DNA from: a virus
Lineage: Duplodnaviria; Caudoviricetes
Virus record (IMG/VR): IMGVR_UViG_3300032007_000052
Location: 1 to 64,000 of that record
Direction: 5' to 3' (one strand)
Length of the DNA stretch: 64,000 nucleotides
The position numbers were made by a program, and so were the translations under genes. Below are positions 38,471 through 48,669 of the stretch, piece after piece (position 1 is the stretch's first letter; each line of letters starts with the position of its first letter). The notes beneath the pieces are model-generated. The model was not told the DNA's origin, did no database searches, and saw nothing but the letters and a program-made list of their open reading frames with translations.

Positions 38471-39637
38471 TTATACGATAATCTTATTGAAAAACTCTTT
38501 TAAAATATCGAAGTAGCCTTTCTTTTTTGACATTTTATGAATCAATGGCACACCTGATTCATTGTTTGGCACTTGAGATTTTAGCGAAGGTTTGCATGAT
38601 TCCTTTGTTGGTACTTCAATGCGGAGTGCTTCAGCTAAAATTCTCTTTTCTGTTTCGTTCATATAGGCCGATTGAATTCTCAATGGTTCAAAGGATCCAT
38701 TTCCCAGGAATAGCATGTCACCTTTTCCATAAAGTTTTTCAGCTCCATTACGGTCCATTATGATTCTCGACTCTAGCGAAGTAGTGGTCTTCAATGCGAT
38801 TCGAGTCGGGATATTTGCTTTGATTAGTCCGGTTACGATGTCTTTACGTGGGGACTGGGTTCCGATTATGAGATGGATTCCACAAGCACGAGCCTTTTGA
38901 GCGATTCTCACTATAGGCTTCTCAATGTCTTTGAATTGAAGCATGAGATCTGCAAGCTCATCAATTATAACAACTATAGGATTCATTTCTCCTGGATATG
39001 AATAGATGTCTTTAGCTCCAGCACTTTGAAGTAATCTATATCTTTTTTGCATTTCTTCCACAAGATTATTCATTGTGATATACATTTTTGATACGGATGT
39101 AATTACTTCCGTATTGATGCAATTGTTATACATTGAAAACTCATTACCTTTTGGATCAAGTATAATAAGTTTAGCTCCAGTCTGAGGAAAACTATAGGCT
39201 ATACTTGCAGCGAAGCAGTGCAGCAACTCAGATTTTCCGCTTCCGGTAGTACCACCTATAAGAATGTGCGGTGCTTTTGATAAATTTGTATAGACTTTTT
39301 TTCCGTTTTCATCAACTCCTAAAACGAGTCTTAATTGTTTTCCTCCCAGAACATCATAGAATTTTGAGAATGCAACGGGTGTAAATTTATCTAACTTTTT
39401 ATCAATGTATATACATCCACCAGTACGTGTGTAGGTGAAGTCTATAGTATTTAGTGCGGAAGACAATGCTTCCTTCAGTATTCTTTCTGCACTCAAGACT
39501 TTCTTATAAGTCATGAGATCATTAGGAAGTTTAATCTCAAATTTTACTGTTCTAGGGCAAAGTATAACATTAGTTACGACAAGGCCCAGGAAAGCTATCA
39601 ATTCATTTAATGCTTCAACATCTCTTGTAAAATCCAT
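38471..39637 (-). CDS. FtsK/SpoIIIE-family ATPase
   Basis: PHILIGGTTGSGKS Walker A, VIIDELADLM Walker B, ARACGIHLIIGTQ and GAEKLYGKGDML. Confidence 0.9.
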   Translation of the reverse strand: MDFTRDVEALNELIAFLGLVVTNVILCPRTVKFEIKLPNDLMTYKKVLSAERILKEALSSALNTIDFTYTRTGGCIYIDKKLDKFTPVAFSKFYDVLGGKQLRLVLGVDENGKKVYTNLSKAPHILIGGTTGSGKSELLHCFAASIAYSFPQTGAKLIILDPKGNEFSMYNNCINTEVITSVSKMYITMNNLVEEMQKRYRLLQSAGAKDIYSYPGEMNPIVVIIDELADLMLQFKDIEKPIVRIAQKARACGIHLIIGTQSPRKDIVTGLIKANIPTRIALKTTTSLESRIIMDRNGAEKLYGKGDMLFLGNGSFEPLRIQSAYMNETEKRILAEALRIEVPTKESCKPSLKSQVPNNESGVPLIHKMSKKKGYFDILKEFFNKIIV

Positions 39638-39949
39638 CTCATTACCTCTATTATTTTATTCGTTGACCGTTAATCACTGCATAAGTGATCATGTCATTTC
39701 TTAAAATATCAACTACACAATCACATAATTCGTGATCGTTTACAGTGCAGTTTCCTTTTTTTCCGTTATAAATTAACTCAATAGTGTTCATTATATTGAC
39801 CTTTCTATTATCCTATCTTATAATGATAGGTGGCTTAGTAGTTACGGGGGCGGTCTTTCCACAGAGATCGCCTTTTTTTATGCATAAAATTATGATATAG
39901 TGTCATAGGGTAGCAACTCCCTTCGGAATAAACGAGAAGGAGCGAGCCT

Positions 39950-40033
39950 ATGAATTTAATGGAATTCCTAACTTTTGGGATTTTTATCATTGATTTAATA
40001 GGGCTTGTTTACAAGATAACTAAAAAGAAGTAA
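39950..40033 (+). CDS. type I toxin-like membrane peptide (27 aa)
   Basis: MNLMEFLTFGIFIIDLIGLVYKITKKK, AAGGAG RBS, fold-back UTRs. Confidence 0.65.
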   Translation: MNLMEFLTFGIFIIDLIGLVYKITKKK

Positions 40034-40127
40034 ACAAAAAACCGCTCCGACCTCACACGTTTGAGCGGCTTTTTGCAATTCAAACCAAAGGGTATTGCTA
40101 CCTTTTTTGTGAGATAAGTATATCAAA

Positions 40128-41312
40128 TCAGTATTTTAATTTCAAGGGTCCCGGCCCACTTGCTAGTATCAACGGGAATCTAAACGTCAATACATTAGCA
40201 TATCGTTTTAACCAGCCTGTTTTGACCGTAGTAGCACGATAAAATGTTTTTGGTATATTTCTACCATAGCAATATACAAATGTCATATAAACGAATTTAC
40301 ACGGTTTGCATGTTTGGATTTCTTCACGAATACCTTCAGAAAGTTCCATAGAATTATTTTTAGAAATGTCTTCAGGAGCTTTTTTATTAGATAATTCTTC
40401 AAACTTTTCTTCTGATGATTTAATAGAAATTGAATCATTGACTTTTTCAGATTCGTTTTTAATGTCTTCAATATGCTTTTCTTTTATCTTTTCTTCGCCT
40501 TTTATCGACTCTTCGGCTTCTTCTTTTGTTTCGATAGGCTCAAAAACAGATCTATCATTGCATACTTCTGGGACATCATAACCTTCTTCAGACATCAATC
40601 TAATAAAATCTTTACGGGCTTCGTTTATGATTTCAACCTTCTCAGGATTTTTTATAATCTTGAGAAGGTTTTCGTCAATATATTCGTGAGCAGTTCTATA
40701 ATTTCCTTTAAAGCTGCCGGCTCCTAAACCAACATAAGGAAGAATTATATAATTCAACCCGTCACGTTTATAAACCTGAAAAATATAACCGTATTTTTCA
40801 AACTGATAACCTTCATTGCATGAAACGGTTCTTTTTCCACGTACAGTCATGGAATACACTTGACATTTTTTATATTTTGGTGCAGTTTCGGCTTCGATTT
40901 TTTCAATTCCGTAACATGATAGTGCATCGTTCATTTTTACAAGCTTATTGACAAATGTATCAATAGCTTTTCTGATATCCGCGTCAAGTTTAGGATCATA
41001 TAAGCTTTTTAATTTCATTAACTTTTTAACGGTTAGCGAATAAAACTCATGTATCAAATCAGCTGCGGCAGATCCTTCATCACTCATGTTTAAAATTTCA
41101 ACGAACTTTTTAAAGTCGGAAGTGCTCCAGGCTTGCATAGCAGTATATAGATTGATTTTAAAATGTCCGCATCTGTCTGGAGTCGGGTGGTAAGTCAAAT
41201 CAATGTTTATGGCTTCGTGGTCGACTTCTTCCCCTTTGTCCAAATAAAAATCCATCAAAGTTTCATAAAGAGCATGTCTTATTACATCCTTTTTATTTTT
41301 GTAAATCTTCAT
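40128..41312 (-). CDS. hypothetical protein
   Basis: 394-aa ORF with RBS. Confidence 0.65.
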   Translation of the reverse strand: MKIYKNKKDVIRHALYETLMDFYLDKGEEVDHEAINIDLTYHPTPDRCGHFKINLYTAMQAWSTSDFKKFVEILNMSDEGSAAADLIHEFYSLTVKKLMKLKSLYDPKLDADIRKAIDTFVNKLVKMNDALSCYGIEKIEAETAPKYKKCQVYSMTVRGKRTVSCNEGYQFEKYGYIFQVYKRDGLNYIILPYVGLGAGSFKGNYRTAHEYIDENLLKIIKNPEKVEIINEARKDFIRLMSEEGYDVPEVCNDRSVFEPIETKEEAEESIKGEEKIKEKHIEDIKNESEKVNDSISIKSSEEKFEELSNKKAPEDISKNNSMELSEGIREEIQTCKPCKFVYMTFVYCYGRNIPKTFYRATTVKTGWLKRYANVLTFRFPLILASGPGPLKLKY

Positions 41313-41395
41313 TTTTTCGTTCTTCCTTCCTCTTTCCTTTAGTGCCTCCCGGCGGAGTCGCTCCGCCTTTGTGGTCCTCCCTGGAGACTATTGTT

Positions 41396-41845
41396 TTACA
41401 TTTTTGAGATGAGATCCGTGTAATACTCTTCAAGGTCAATTTTCCCACAGTCATTAATAATAGACTGCATTTCCTGCACGGTTGCATCATTAAAGAGATC
41501 ATTAACAGCTAAATCACACTCGTGTTTAGTGATGTATTTGTGTGTTAGGTCTTCAACATGTTCCGGATCGTAGGACTTTATTATAAAATCTGTATATATT
41601 TCCATTGAATTAAAGTAAACATATAGAGCCAGTTCTTCGCGCAATTCTTTTATATCTTCTGGGCTAAGATCTACTTTATCCGTAATCTTATCAATCAAAG
41701 AATCTAAATTTTCTTTAGTTGTAAACTCATCGTATCCGTCGAAGCTTTCATCGATCCAAAAATCATTGATAAAAATCACCATATGGCTTTGATAAAACTT
41801 GATAAGGGCCTCACCGATTGACAGATTAATTTTACTTATAGACAT
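41396..41845 (-). CDS. hypothetical acidic protein
   Basis: GGAGG RBS. Confidence 0.65.
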   Translation of the reverse strand: MSISKINLSIGEALIKFYQSHMVIFINDFWIDESFDGYDEFTTKENLDSLIDKITDKVDLSPEDIKELREELALYVYFNSMEIYTDFIIKSYDPEHVEDLTHKYITKHECDLAVNDLFNDATVQEMQSIINDCGKIDLEEYYTDLISKM

Positions 41846-41914
41846 TTTTTATCCTCCTAAATTTTTATATCAATAATCTTTTTGTAAGTCGATACACTCG
41901 ATGTCATCAGCGTT

Positions 41915-42475
41915 TCAATCATCCATTGCCGCATATTCATCGACCCAGGTTCCGTTTATGTATATTTCGTATCCGGTAGCGTGGCGGCCGTCTTTATCAA
42001 ATGGCATTGTCTTGAGTTGCCTTTTGATCTCTCCATCTTTTGATATAAAACAGTGATCAATATAAGATGGATCATCAAAGTCATATATTGTTATTTTTAT
42101 CTTATCAGAATCAATCCCTGAAAAAATATTACCCTTATAATTTAGATAGTAATCTACCGGATTAATCCAGCCTTCTAGTCTATCAATTTGTTGATGATTC
42201 CACTTGCCTTCTTCAAAATAACTTAATTCTACAATATACAATTCTTTTAATGAGCTGATTTCGATAACTTCAGAAACCCACGCAGCGGATAACTCGTTGC
42301 ATTCTTCGTCGGTTATTGATATTTTTATATCCTCTCCGACTTTTTTACTTGCTAGATCTCCGTCGTAATTAAGAATGTATTCTTGGGCGGTCATGTAATT
42401 ATCGAGATGGTCAAATTCTTCTGTGTAACTTGTTCCTGATCCTTCAATAAAATTTGATAAAAACACTTTAAACAT
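41915..42475 (-). CDS. hypothetical acidic protein with internal duplication
   Basis: Two copies of D.L..y.....Y.LNY.G.......IKI.I.D. Confidence 0.65.
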   Translation of the reverse strand: MFKVFLSNFIEGSGTSYTEEFDHLDNYMTAQEYILNYDGDLASKKVGEDIKISITDEECNELSAAWVSEVIEISSLKELYIVELSYFEEGKWNHQQIDRLEGWINPVDYYLNYKGNIFSGIDSDKIKITIYDFDDPSYIDHCFISKDGEIKRQLKTMPFDKDGRHATGYEIYINGTWVDEYAAMDD

Positions 42476-42512
42476 TTTCTTTTTTCTCCTTCTTTTTTTA
42501 TACCTTTTTAGT

Positions 42513-42959
42513 TTAAACAGTCATCTGTTTTTCATATTCATTAATATCTTCCATCGTGATCCATTCTGGTTTAACGCGAAGCTCGTTGTATATCTCCTTC
42601 ATTTTAGAAATATGATCCGCTACGCTACCACCCCACAAATGACCTGGGTATCTGGTTGTGTTTAAAAAATAATTACAGTCGGCCTTTAATCTACTCAGCA
42701 AACAATAAGAAAGCTTTTGAGAATTTTCTAATTGATCTTCATTGTAAAGAATCTTTTCAAGGTCTTCACACTTCACAGGAAAACCCGGTTCGCTATCTTC
42801 TCCACAAACTGAATAAAGATTATTCTTTACAAAATCAAGATCTACAAAACAGTTCGTAAACCGGTCATCAGGAAGCATATACTTTTTTCGAGTCTCCGGA
42901 TCCTCATACATTGGTTCGTTCATTGCTCCAATTTTTCCTAAATATTTTAATTTCTTCAT
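42513..42959 (-). CDS. LPD11-domain protein
   Basis: YCLLSRLKADCNYFL...LWGGSVADHI..MKEIY...KPEWITMEDI. Confidence 0.7.
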   Translation of the reverse strand: MKKLKYLGKIGAMNEPMYEDPETRKKYMLPDDRFTNCFVDLDFVKNNLYSVCGEDSEPGFPVKCEDLEKILYNEDQLENSQKLSYCLLSRLKADCNYFLNTTRYPGHLWGGSVADHISKMKEIYNELRVKPEWITMEDINEYEKQMTV

Positions 42960-42974
42960 TGCGTTTTCTCCTTT

Positions 42975-43451
42975 TTAATTGATTTTATAAAATTCTGATT
43001 TGTTTTCTGTTTTTCCTTCAAGGCAGGCGCCGCAAAAAATATAGTTGCTGTTTTCTTCTTTAAAAGTTAGATATATAGTACCTTCTTTTGTGTAGCCGTA
43101 TGGCTCGGATGTCTGAAAAATCTTATAAAAATATAACGGCGGTACACAATTAATCAAGTTTTCAACGACATCCATTTTGACAAAATCACCGACGCGGGCG
43201 GAATCATAAGTAAAAAAATCTTGAGAAAATATTGTTTTACCGTCTTTTTCTGTGTTTTGTTCCGGTTGTCTTTCCGGATGTTCTGGTGTAAAATACCAGG
43301 AATCAACTTTTTTAATAAATAAAATATCATCTTTGTGTGTGGCCTGATATCTTTTTTTGAAAAGCTCGGCGGCCTCGATGCTTAAAAACTCATTTTGCGA
43401 TGCGGATAATTCAAAATCTTTATATTTATAAAAAACTTTAAAAACTTTCAT
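42975..43451 (-). CDS. hypothetical protein
   Basis: ORF in the - strand operon. Confidence 0.6.
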   Translation of the reverse strand: MKVFKVFYKYKDFELSASQNEFLSIEAAELFKKRYQATHKDDILFIKKVDSWYFTPEHPERQPEQNTEKDGKTIFSQDFFTYDSARVGDFVKMDVVENLINCVPPLYFYKIFQTSEPYGYTKEGTIYLTFKEENSNYIFCGACLEGKTENKSEFYKIN

Positions 43452-43506
43452 ATTAAAACCCTTTCTATATATGCCGGAGGCGGTCAACCTCCGGCGCGTG
43501 GAAAAA

Positions 43507-44709
43507 TCAACCTTTTTTGTAGAAATTGCCGTTCATGCTGTCGAAAACGTGTATAGCCCAGTCGCCGCCGTATGTTTTATAAGGCTTTAAACTTTTGGCG
43601 CGATCTTCTCCAGGTTTTACGGTCACGCGGTCGACTGTAATTTTTGTAATTGTGCATACAATAGGAACATATTTTGCACCGGTCCATTTTTCAAGTGTGA
43701 ACGTGTCCCCAACTTTGAACGGGTGTTCAATTATGCCCTCTTGGGCTTTTTCAACGATTGATAAAACCTCGCCATATGTTATTTTTAATGTAAAATTGTC
43801 ATTTGTTCTGTATGTAACGTATGAAGGCCCAGCGCTTACAACCGTTACAACTTCGCCTCGAAATCTTCTTATAAAAATTTTGTCGCCCGGCTTTAAATCT
43901 TTTTTAGAAAATTTTATCCCGCCGGCCTCATCAATGATATTTTGATAGTATGCAAGCTTTGAAAAAAGAGCGTCGGCGCGTTCGTTGTCGTATTCGATGT
44001 TTTTTTCTAACATTTCAACCGTTATCAATTCGCCGCGGTAGTTTTTAAGCTGCTCGCCGGCCTCGATTCGTTCAATTTTTTTCTCGGCCTCCTTTATATA
44101 TGACAAAAGTTTTTTTAGTCCGCTGTTGGCCTCTTTTATGCGACGCTCACAAAATGCTAGATCTGGTTTTTTTGCCTCTCTTGCTGTATTGCGTGCCGCC
44201 TCGGCTCTTTTCTGATAATATTCTGACTTTTTGAACTCTTCGAAACCTTTTTCAAAAGATGCCCACATAGCATCACGGCGGCGGGTAAATGCTCGGCCGG
44301 CTGATGTATTAATATTTGGTTGTGTAAAAAATGCGATGTCTCCATGCATTTTATTGATGGGATTTTGCAGTTTTTCCGCGTTTTTTTCTGCCGCTGCGCT
44401 CTTATAGTCGTAGTGTTCCGCGCGTGCCTCTGCACGTTCAATCTTTTTTTCTTGCTGTTCCTCAAAACTCAAGCGCTCGCCGGACGTGCCTCCGTCCTCT
44501 AATATTCCGGCCAATTTTTCAATTACTCGATTGCATTTATAAAAATTTGGCCACTTTTCGCGGCTGATCCAGCATCCGGAATGACGGCCCCACAAAAACG
44601 CGCTTTTTATCTCTTTTTTAAGCTCCTCATTCAATGACACGTATACGCACTTGTCAAAGTGAAGTTCTTTCTTCCCTGTTTCCTTGTTTTCAATAAAATA
44701 ATTATTCAT
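43507..44709 (-). CDS. DUF3560-domain protein
   Basis: ERAEARAEHY...GDIAFFTQP...AFTRRRDAM...KSEYYQKRAEAA. Confidence 0.7.
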   Translation of the reverse strand: MNNYFIENKETGKKELHFDKCVYVSLNEELKKEIKSAFLWGRHSGCWISREKWPNFYKCNRVIEKLAGILEDGGTSGERLSFEEQQEKKIERAEARAEHYDYKSAAAEKNAEKLQNPINKMHGDIAFFTQPNINTSAGRAFTRRRDAMWASFEKGFEEFKKSEYYQKRAEAARNTAREAKKPDLAFCERRIKEANSGLKKLLSYIKEAEKKIERIEAGEQLKNYRGELITVEMLEKNIEYDNERADALFSKLAYYQNIIDEAGGIKFSKKDLKPGDKIFIRRFRGEVVTVVSAGPSYVTYRTNDNFTLKITYGEVLSIVEKAQEGIIEHPFKVGDTFTLEKWTGAKYVPIVCTITKITVDRVTVKPGEDRAKSLKPYKTYGGDWAIHVFDSMNGNFYKKG

Positions 44710-44817
44710 TATTTGCCCTTTCCGGGCTACTCTGTTATAATATAGTAGCCCTCTAAAATAATCGTGATTGGTTGTTATTGGGTTATAGCCTGCCGGGGTG
44801 GCCGCCCTGGGAGGCTT

Positions 44818-45081
44818 TTAAAGTGATGCAACTTCACAAGCTGCATGACGGATTTTTCTTTCAAAAACATCATAGCCTTCATCCAGTGGATCCGTTGGAA
44901 GTTGGATTCCTTGAATTATGGCTTTGTTTTTAACGAGTCTTTCGACTTCCCCTTCAATACGTGGAAGAACTCCCTTCATTTTTATACGTAAATCAGTGTT
45001 TAGGCCGAGTGAAAAGCGTATTGCTTTTTTTGCTTCGTTGTCTAACTCAATAGACAAATCTTTATGAATTTTTATAAACAT
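44818..45081 (-). CDS. hypothetical protein
   Basis: GGAGG RBS. Confidence 0.6.
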   Translation of the reverse strand: MFIKIHKDLSIELDNEAKKAIRFSLGLNTDLRIKMKGVLPRIEGEVERLVKNKAIIQGIQLPTDPLDEGYDVFERKIRHAACEVASL

Positions 45082-45092
45082 AAAACCTCCCT

Positions 45093-45485
45093 TCAGAATA
45101 CCTCTAAATAAAGGTCATCAACATAAAGTTGATCTATATAGTGCTTTATTAGATCTTCTTTCGTCCCTATAGCTGCATCAATATGATCATCTGATGTTTT
45201 TATATAGTTTTCATGCATTATAGGGAGGCCGTCGCTTCCTTCATAACTTAATTGATAGGCTACACCTTTGCGTGTGGATCTATGAAGATAACGCTTTTGA
45301 CCTTGAGAAGTTGTATAATATACCATCGAATTATTCAATAGTACTTTTTCAAGCTCCGCGGCGCGGGCTGCTTCCTGATTTTCGGCCGCTTCAATTTCTT
45401 CATCGGATCCCAGGAAAAAGATTTCCGGCTCAATATTAAATTTTTTGAAGAAGAAAGATTCGTGTTTTACTTCCTTTTTTTCCAT
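45093..45485 (-). CDS. hypothetical protein
   Basis: AAGGA RBS. Confidence 0.6.
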   Translation of the reverse strand: MEKKEVKHESFFFKKFNIEPEIFFLGSDEEIEAAENQEAARAAELEKVLLNNSMVYYTTSQGQKRYLHRSTRKGVAYQLSYEGSDGLPIMHENYIKTSDDHIDAAIGTKEDLIKHYIDQLYVDDLYLEVF

Positions 45486-45889
45486 ATTAGAGTTTCCTTT
45501 TTTAAAATAATAAAACTAATCCATCGAATATAGATCTATTAGATCGTTGCTATGTCCCGTTGGTGACGGTGGTTTGCCCGTTGTCTATGAGTTTATATTC
45601 TGTATTTAGTAACCTGGGGCCGTGCCCCGTTCGGTATGTATATATATTATCATGAGACTATTATAAAAGCAATAGAAAAAGTAAACAAAGAAAAAACAGA
45701 TACAACCTTGATTATATACAAATTAAACAAATGAATATAGGTTATTTTCTGATTATAGTAAAGTTATAAACGAAATACCGCATAAATACTGGATTTCCGG
45801 CCTACCGTTCTTAAATTGTTGTTTTTTCGTAGAAAAATGTGTACACTATAAATGAGATACCGATAACAAATTAACGATAAGGAGTATAT

Positions 45890-46522
45890 ATGAAAAAGGG
45901 AACGAACCGCCCAAAAGACAGACTAAATACATTAACAAATAAACATACAGAAGATATCGAAATAGTGACAAACCAAACCGAAGAACTGCCACCGGCCGAC
46001 CTCCGGACGGGTGAGGATGTCCAAAAGGAGTATGAACGAATAGCCGTTCAGCAGTTATCTATATTCCGTGAACAGTATCCCGACAAGATGAAGAAGCCCC
46101 CGTGTACATGGTTTAATGCTTTACTATTACGTATAAAAAAGAACGCTATTCCGTTAGATAGAAATAATCCTGACCAGATCCGCGGGGCCTGGGAATTTTA
46201 CAAGCAACTTGCCTACGAATGTGAAATCTTCCCTACAATAGAAGCATTTTCTAATTTGACGGGAATCTATAAAGAGGATTTAAGGAGGCGCGGAAGTAAA
46301 GGGTTTTTCGACTTAAACTTGACGTTATACCGTGATTCAAAGAACGCAATTTTGGATCAAGTTGCAACAAATCCGTACACGCAAATTAATAAAATATTTC
46401 TACTAAAAAGCGTGTACGGTTATACAGAGAACAACACACAAAAAAACGAACAGCAAATCGATCAGGTGCCAGACATTGACGATATACCGTTGTTTGGTTT
46501 GGAAGACAAAAAGAAAAGCTAG
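45890..46522 (+). CDS. terminase small subunit-like protein
   Basis: PTIEAFSNLTGI and IFLLKSVYGY.E motifs resembling P22 gp3-type packaging proteins. Confidence 0.5.
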   Translation: MKKGTNRPKDRLNTLTNKHTEDIEIVTNQTEELPPADLRTGEDVQKEYERIAVQQLSIFREQYPDKMKKPPCTWFNALLLRIKKNAIPLDRNNPDQIRGAWEFYKQLAYECEIFPTIEAFSNLTGIYKEDLRRRGSKGFFDLNLTLYRDSKNAILDQVATNPYTQINKIFLLKSVYGYTENNTQKNEQQIDQVPDIDDIPLFGLEDKKKS

Positions 46523-46699
46523 TAATTATCACGTTTTCGGGTTCGCAAAATGAGCAAAAAGCGAACTTTTGCAGCCCTTCTGAGATCCTCCTGGGAATGT
46601 TTAACAATTCTTTCGCCCAGGGGGAGGAGGGGTTTGAGAGGCGAAGTTATAGTGTGTGTGGTTACCCCCGTCTTCGCCCAAAAAATAAAAGGAGGCCAA

Positions 46700-47047
46700 A
46701 TGGGAAGTAGCAAAACAAGGCTAAAGACGATAAGGATAAGGAATAAATGTGCAGATTTTTTCGAGGACAGGCCGCTAAATTACTATGTAGAGTGGCTGTA
46801 TGAGAGTATAGAGCTAGGGGATATTATAGAGGGGGAGTGGGGATTAGAGATAGGGAGAGAGATAAGTTTAAGGGGGTTAAAGATGGCATGTAAAAGGACA
46901 GGAGACAAGCCAAAAGATGTGATAGAGAGGGTAACGATGGAGCTAAATAGGAAGGCGGATGAGGAGGAAAAGGAGTATTGGGGGGTATACATGGATGGCG
47001 AAAATACGGGGTTTATACAAAGGGGGCAAAAAAGGGGTAAAAAATAG
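46700..47047 (+). CDS. hypothetical protein
   Basis: GGAGG RBS before ATG 46700. Confidence 0.55.
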   Translation: MGSSKTRLKTIRIRNKCADFFEDRPLNYYVEWLYESIELGDIIEGEWGLEIGREISLRGLKMACKRTGDKPKDVIERVTMELNRKADEEEKEYWGVYMDGENTGFIQRGQKRGKK

Positions 47048-47063
47048 CCACAACCCTAGTATT

Positions 47064-47269
47064 TATCTATGTTAACATGGAATTCAAAAAAGTGAATAGA
47101 AAAAGTAAGCGAAATTACAATAAAGCCAGTGTTTATCTATGTTAACATGGATTATTGTATAACACCTGTTATTTAAGAGAAAAAGCATGCTTTTAATGAT
47201 AAAAAATGGGAAATTAACAACAATGACGTAGCAAAAGTGGCATAACACTAGATTCTATCTATGTTAACA
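47064..47269. repeat. three direct repeats TATCTATGTTAACA
   Basis: Copies at 47064-47077, 47134-47147 and 47256-47269. Confidence 0.8.
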
Positions 47270-47287
47270 CAAGATTGGAGGTATTAT

Positions 47288-47635
47288 ATGTCAGAATTCA
47301 AAAGTGTAGGTGCAAGAGTAACAGAGAAAGAGTTTGAACAGATGGAATTATATGCAGCAACTCATAACATGACAGTTGCAGCGGTAACAAAGTTATGTCT
47401 CAGGAGTCTAATTTATGGGGAGATGGACATCATAAAAGGGGAATTAGTTCCGCATATGGAATGTAAGGAAGAGACGAGTGAAAAAATAAAAGAAGAATAT
47501 GATTTTAAAGGGATTGTAAAGGCATTTGAGAAGAAGAGGTATACTCCAAATGCGATAAAAGCTTCTATTGAGTCGATAGAGAGTCAGATTTTAGATGGTC
47601 CAAATTATAAAGAAAGAAATGACTGGGGATGCTAG
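47288..47635 (+). CDS. ribbon-helix-helix-like DNA-binding protein
   Basis: KSVGARVTEKEFEQMELYAATHNMTVAAV. Confidence 0.55.
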   Translation: MSEFKSVGARVTEKEFEQMELYAATHNMTVAAVTKLCLRSLIYGEMDIIKGELVPHMECKEETSEKIKEEYDFKGIVKAFEKKRYTPNAIKASIESIESQILDGPNYKERNDWGC

Positions 47636-47668
47636 CTAAGGTATAATAGAAATAAAAAAGGGGGCCAT

Positions 47669-47887
47669 ATGAAGAATACGATTACTGATTTAAATAATCA
47701 TCTGTTTGAGCAGTTAGAGAGGCTAAATGATGAAGAGATTACAGGGAAAGAGCTTGAACAGGAAATAAAGAGGGCAGAGGGCATAGTAAAAGTTTCTAAC
47801 CAGATAATAATGAATGCGGAGTTAGCTTATAAAGTTTCCGTTCTAAAGACACCGAACGTACCGGAGATGTTGGAGATAAAAAAATGA
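47669..47887 (+). CDS. small phage protein preceding HNH
   Basis: MKNTITDLNNHLFEQLERLND motif. Confidence 0.7.
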   Translation: MKNTITDLNNHLFEQLERLNDEEITGKELEQEIKRAEGIVKVSNQIIMNAELAYKVSVLKTPNVPEMLEIKK

Positions 47888-48669
47888 GAAAAGTGATGAA
47901 AGACGAGGTAAAAACCTTTATAAAGGAGAATTACTTGCTTAAGTCAGACTTGCAGCTTTTATATTTGATAGAGGAAAAGTTTGGAGAGACACTAACTGTA
48001 ACGGCGATAAAATCATATAGAATCAGGAATAACCTTAAGAAAACGAATAAATGTAAAGCTTTAATGGATATGGATGAAAAGATAGTAATTGATTACCTTA
48101 AAAAGCATGTAGAAGGGAAATCAAACTTAGAATTGATGCGGATGGTAAACAAAGAGTTCAATCTAAACTTTACATTTGAGCAGTTTAAGGATTTTAAATC
48201 AAGAAGAGGACTTACCAGTGGGAAAAGAGGATGGCATAGGGTAGGAAATCCACCAGGAAATAAAGGACATAAGATGACGGAGTACACGACAGAGGAAAAA
48301 TTAGAGAATAGCCGAAAAAATCAGTTTAAGAAAGGTGAAAAACCGCATAATTATGTCCCTGTAGGAACTATTTCAAGAAATTCCTATAATCAATTAAGGA
48401 TAAAAGTTGATGATACTACATGGGAGACTTATTCTAGGTACATTTGGGAGAAAGAAGTTGGAGAAATTCCAGAGGGAATGAAAATTGCTTATAAAGATGG
48501 GAACGTTGAGAACTGTTCTATCGACAATTTGATGTTAGTAAGTCAAAGTGAACTAATGTCGCTAAATCATAGAGGTTTTAGAAGCTCATGTGCTAAATTA
48601 ACAGAGGCAGGATTAGCTTCTGTTAGATTAGAAAACAGAGTAAACGAGTTAAAGAAAGGGGATAAATGA
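47884..48669 (+). CDS. HNH-family endonuclease-like protein
   Basis: QFKKGEKPHNYVPVGT...IWEKEVGEIPEG...KDGN.ENC.IDNL. Confidence 0.75.
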   Translation: MRKVMKDEVKTFIKENYLLKSDLQLLYLIEEKFGETLTVTAIKSYRIRNNLKKTNKCKALMDMDEKIVIDYLKKHVEGKSNLELMRMVNKEFNLNFTFEQFKDFKSRRGLTSGKRGWHRVGNPPGNKGHKMTEYTTEEKLENSRKNQFKKGEKPHNYVPVGTISRNSYNQLRIKVDDTTWETYSRYIWEKEVGEIPEGMKIAYKDGNVENCSIDNLMLVSQSELMSLNHRGFRSSCAKLTEAGLASVRLENRVNELKKGDK

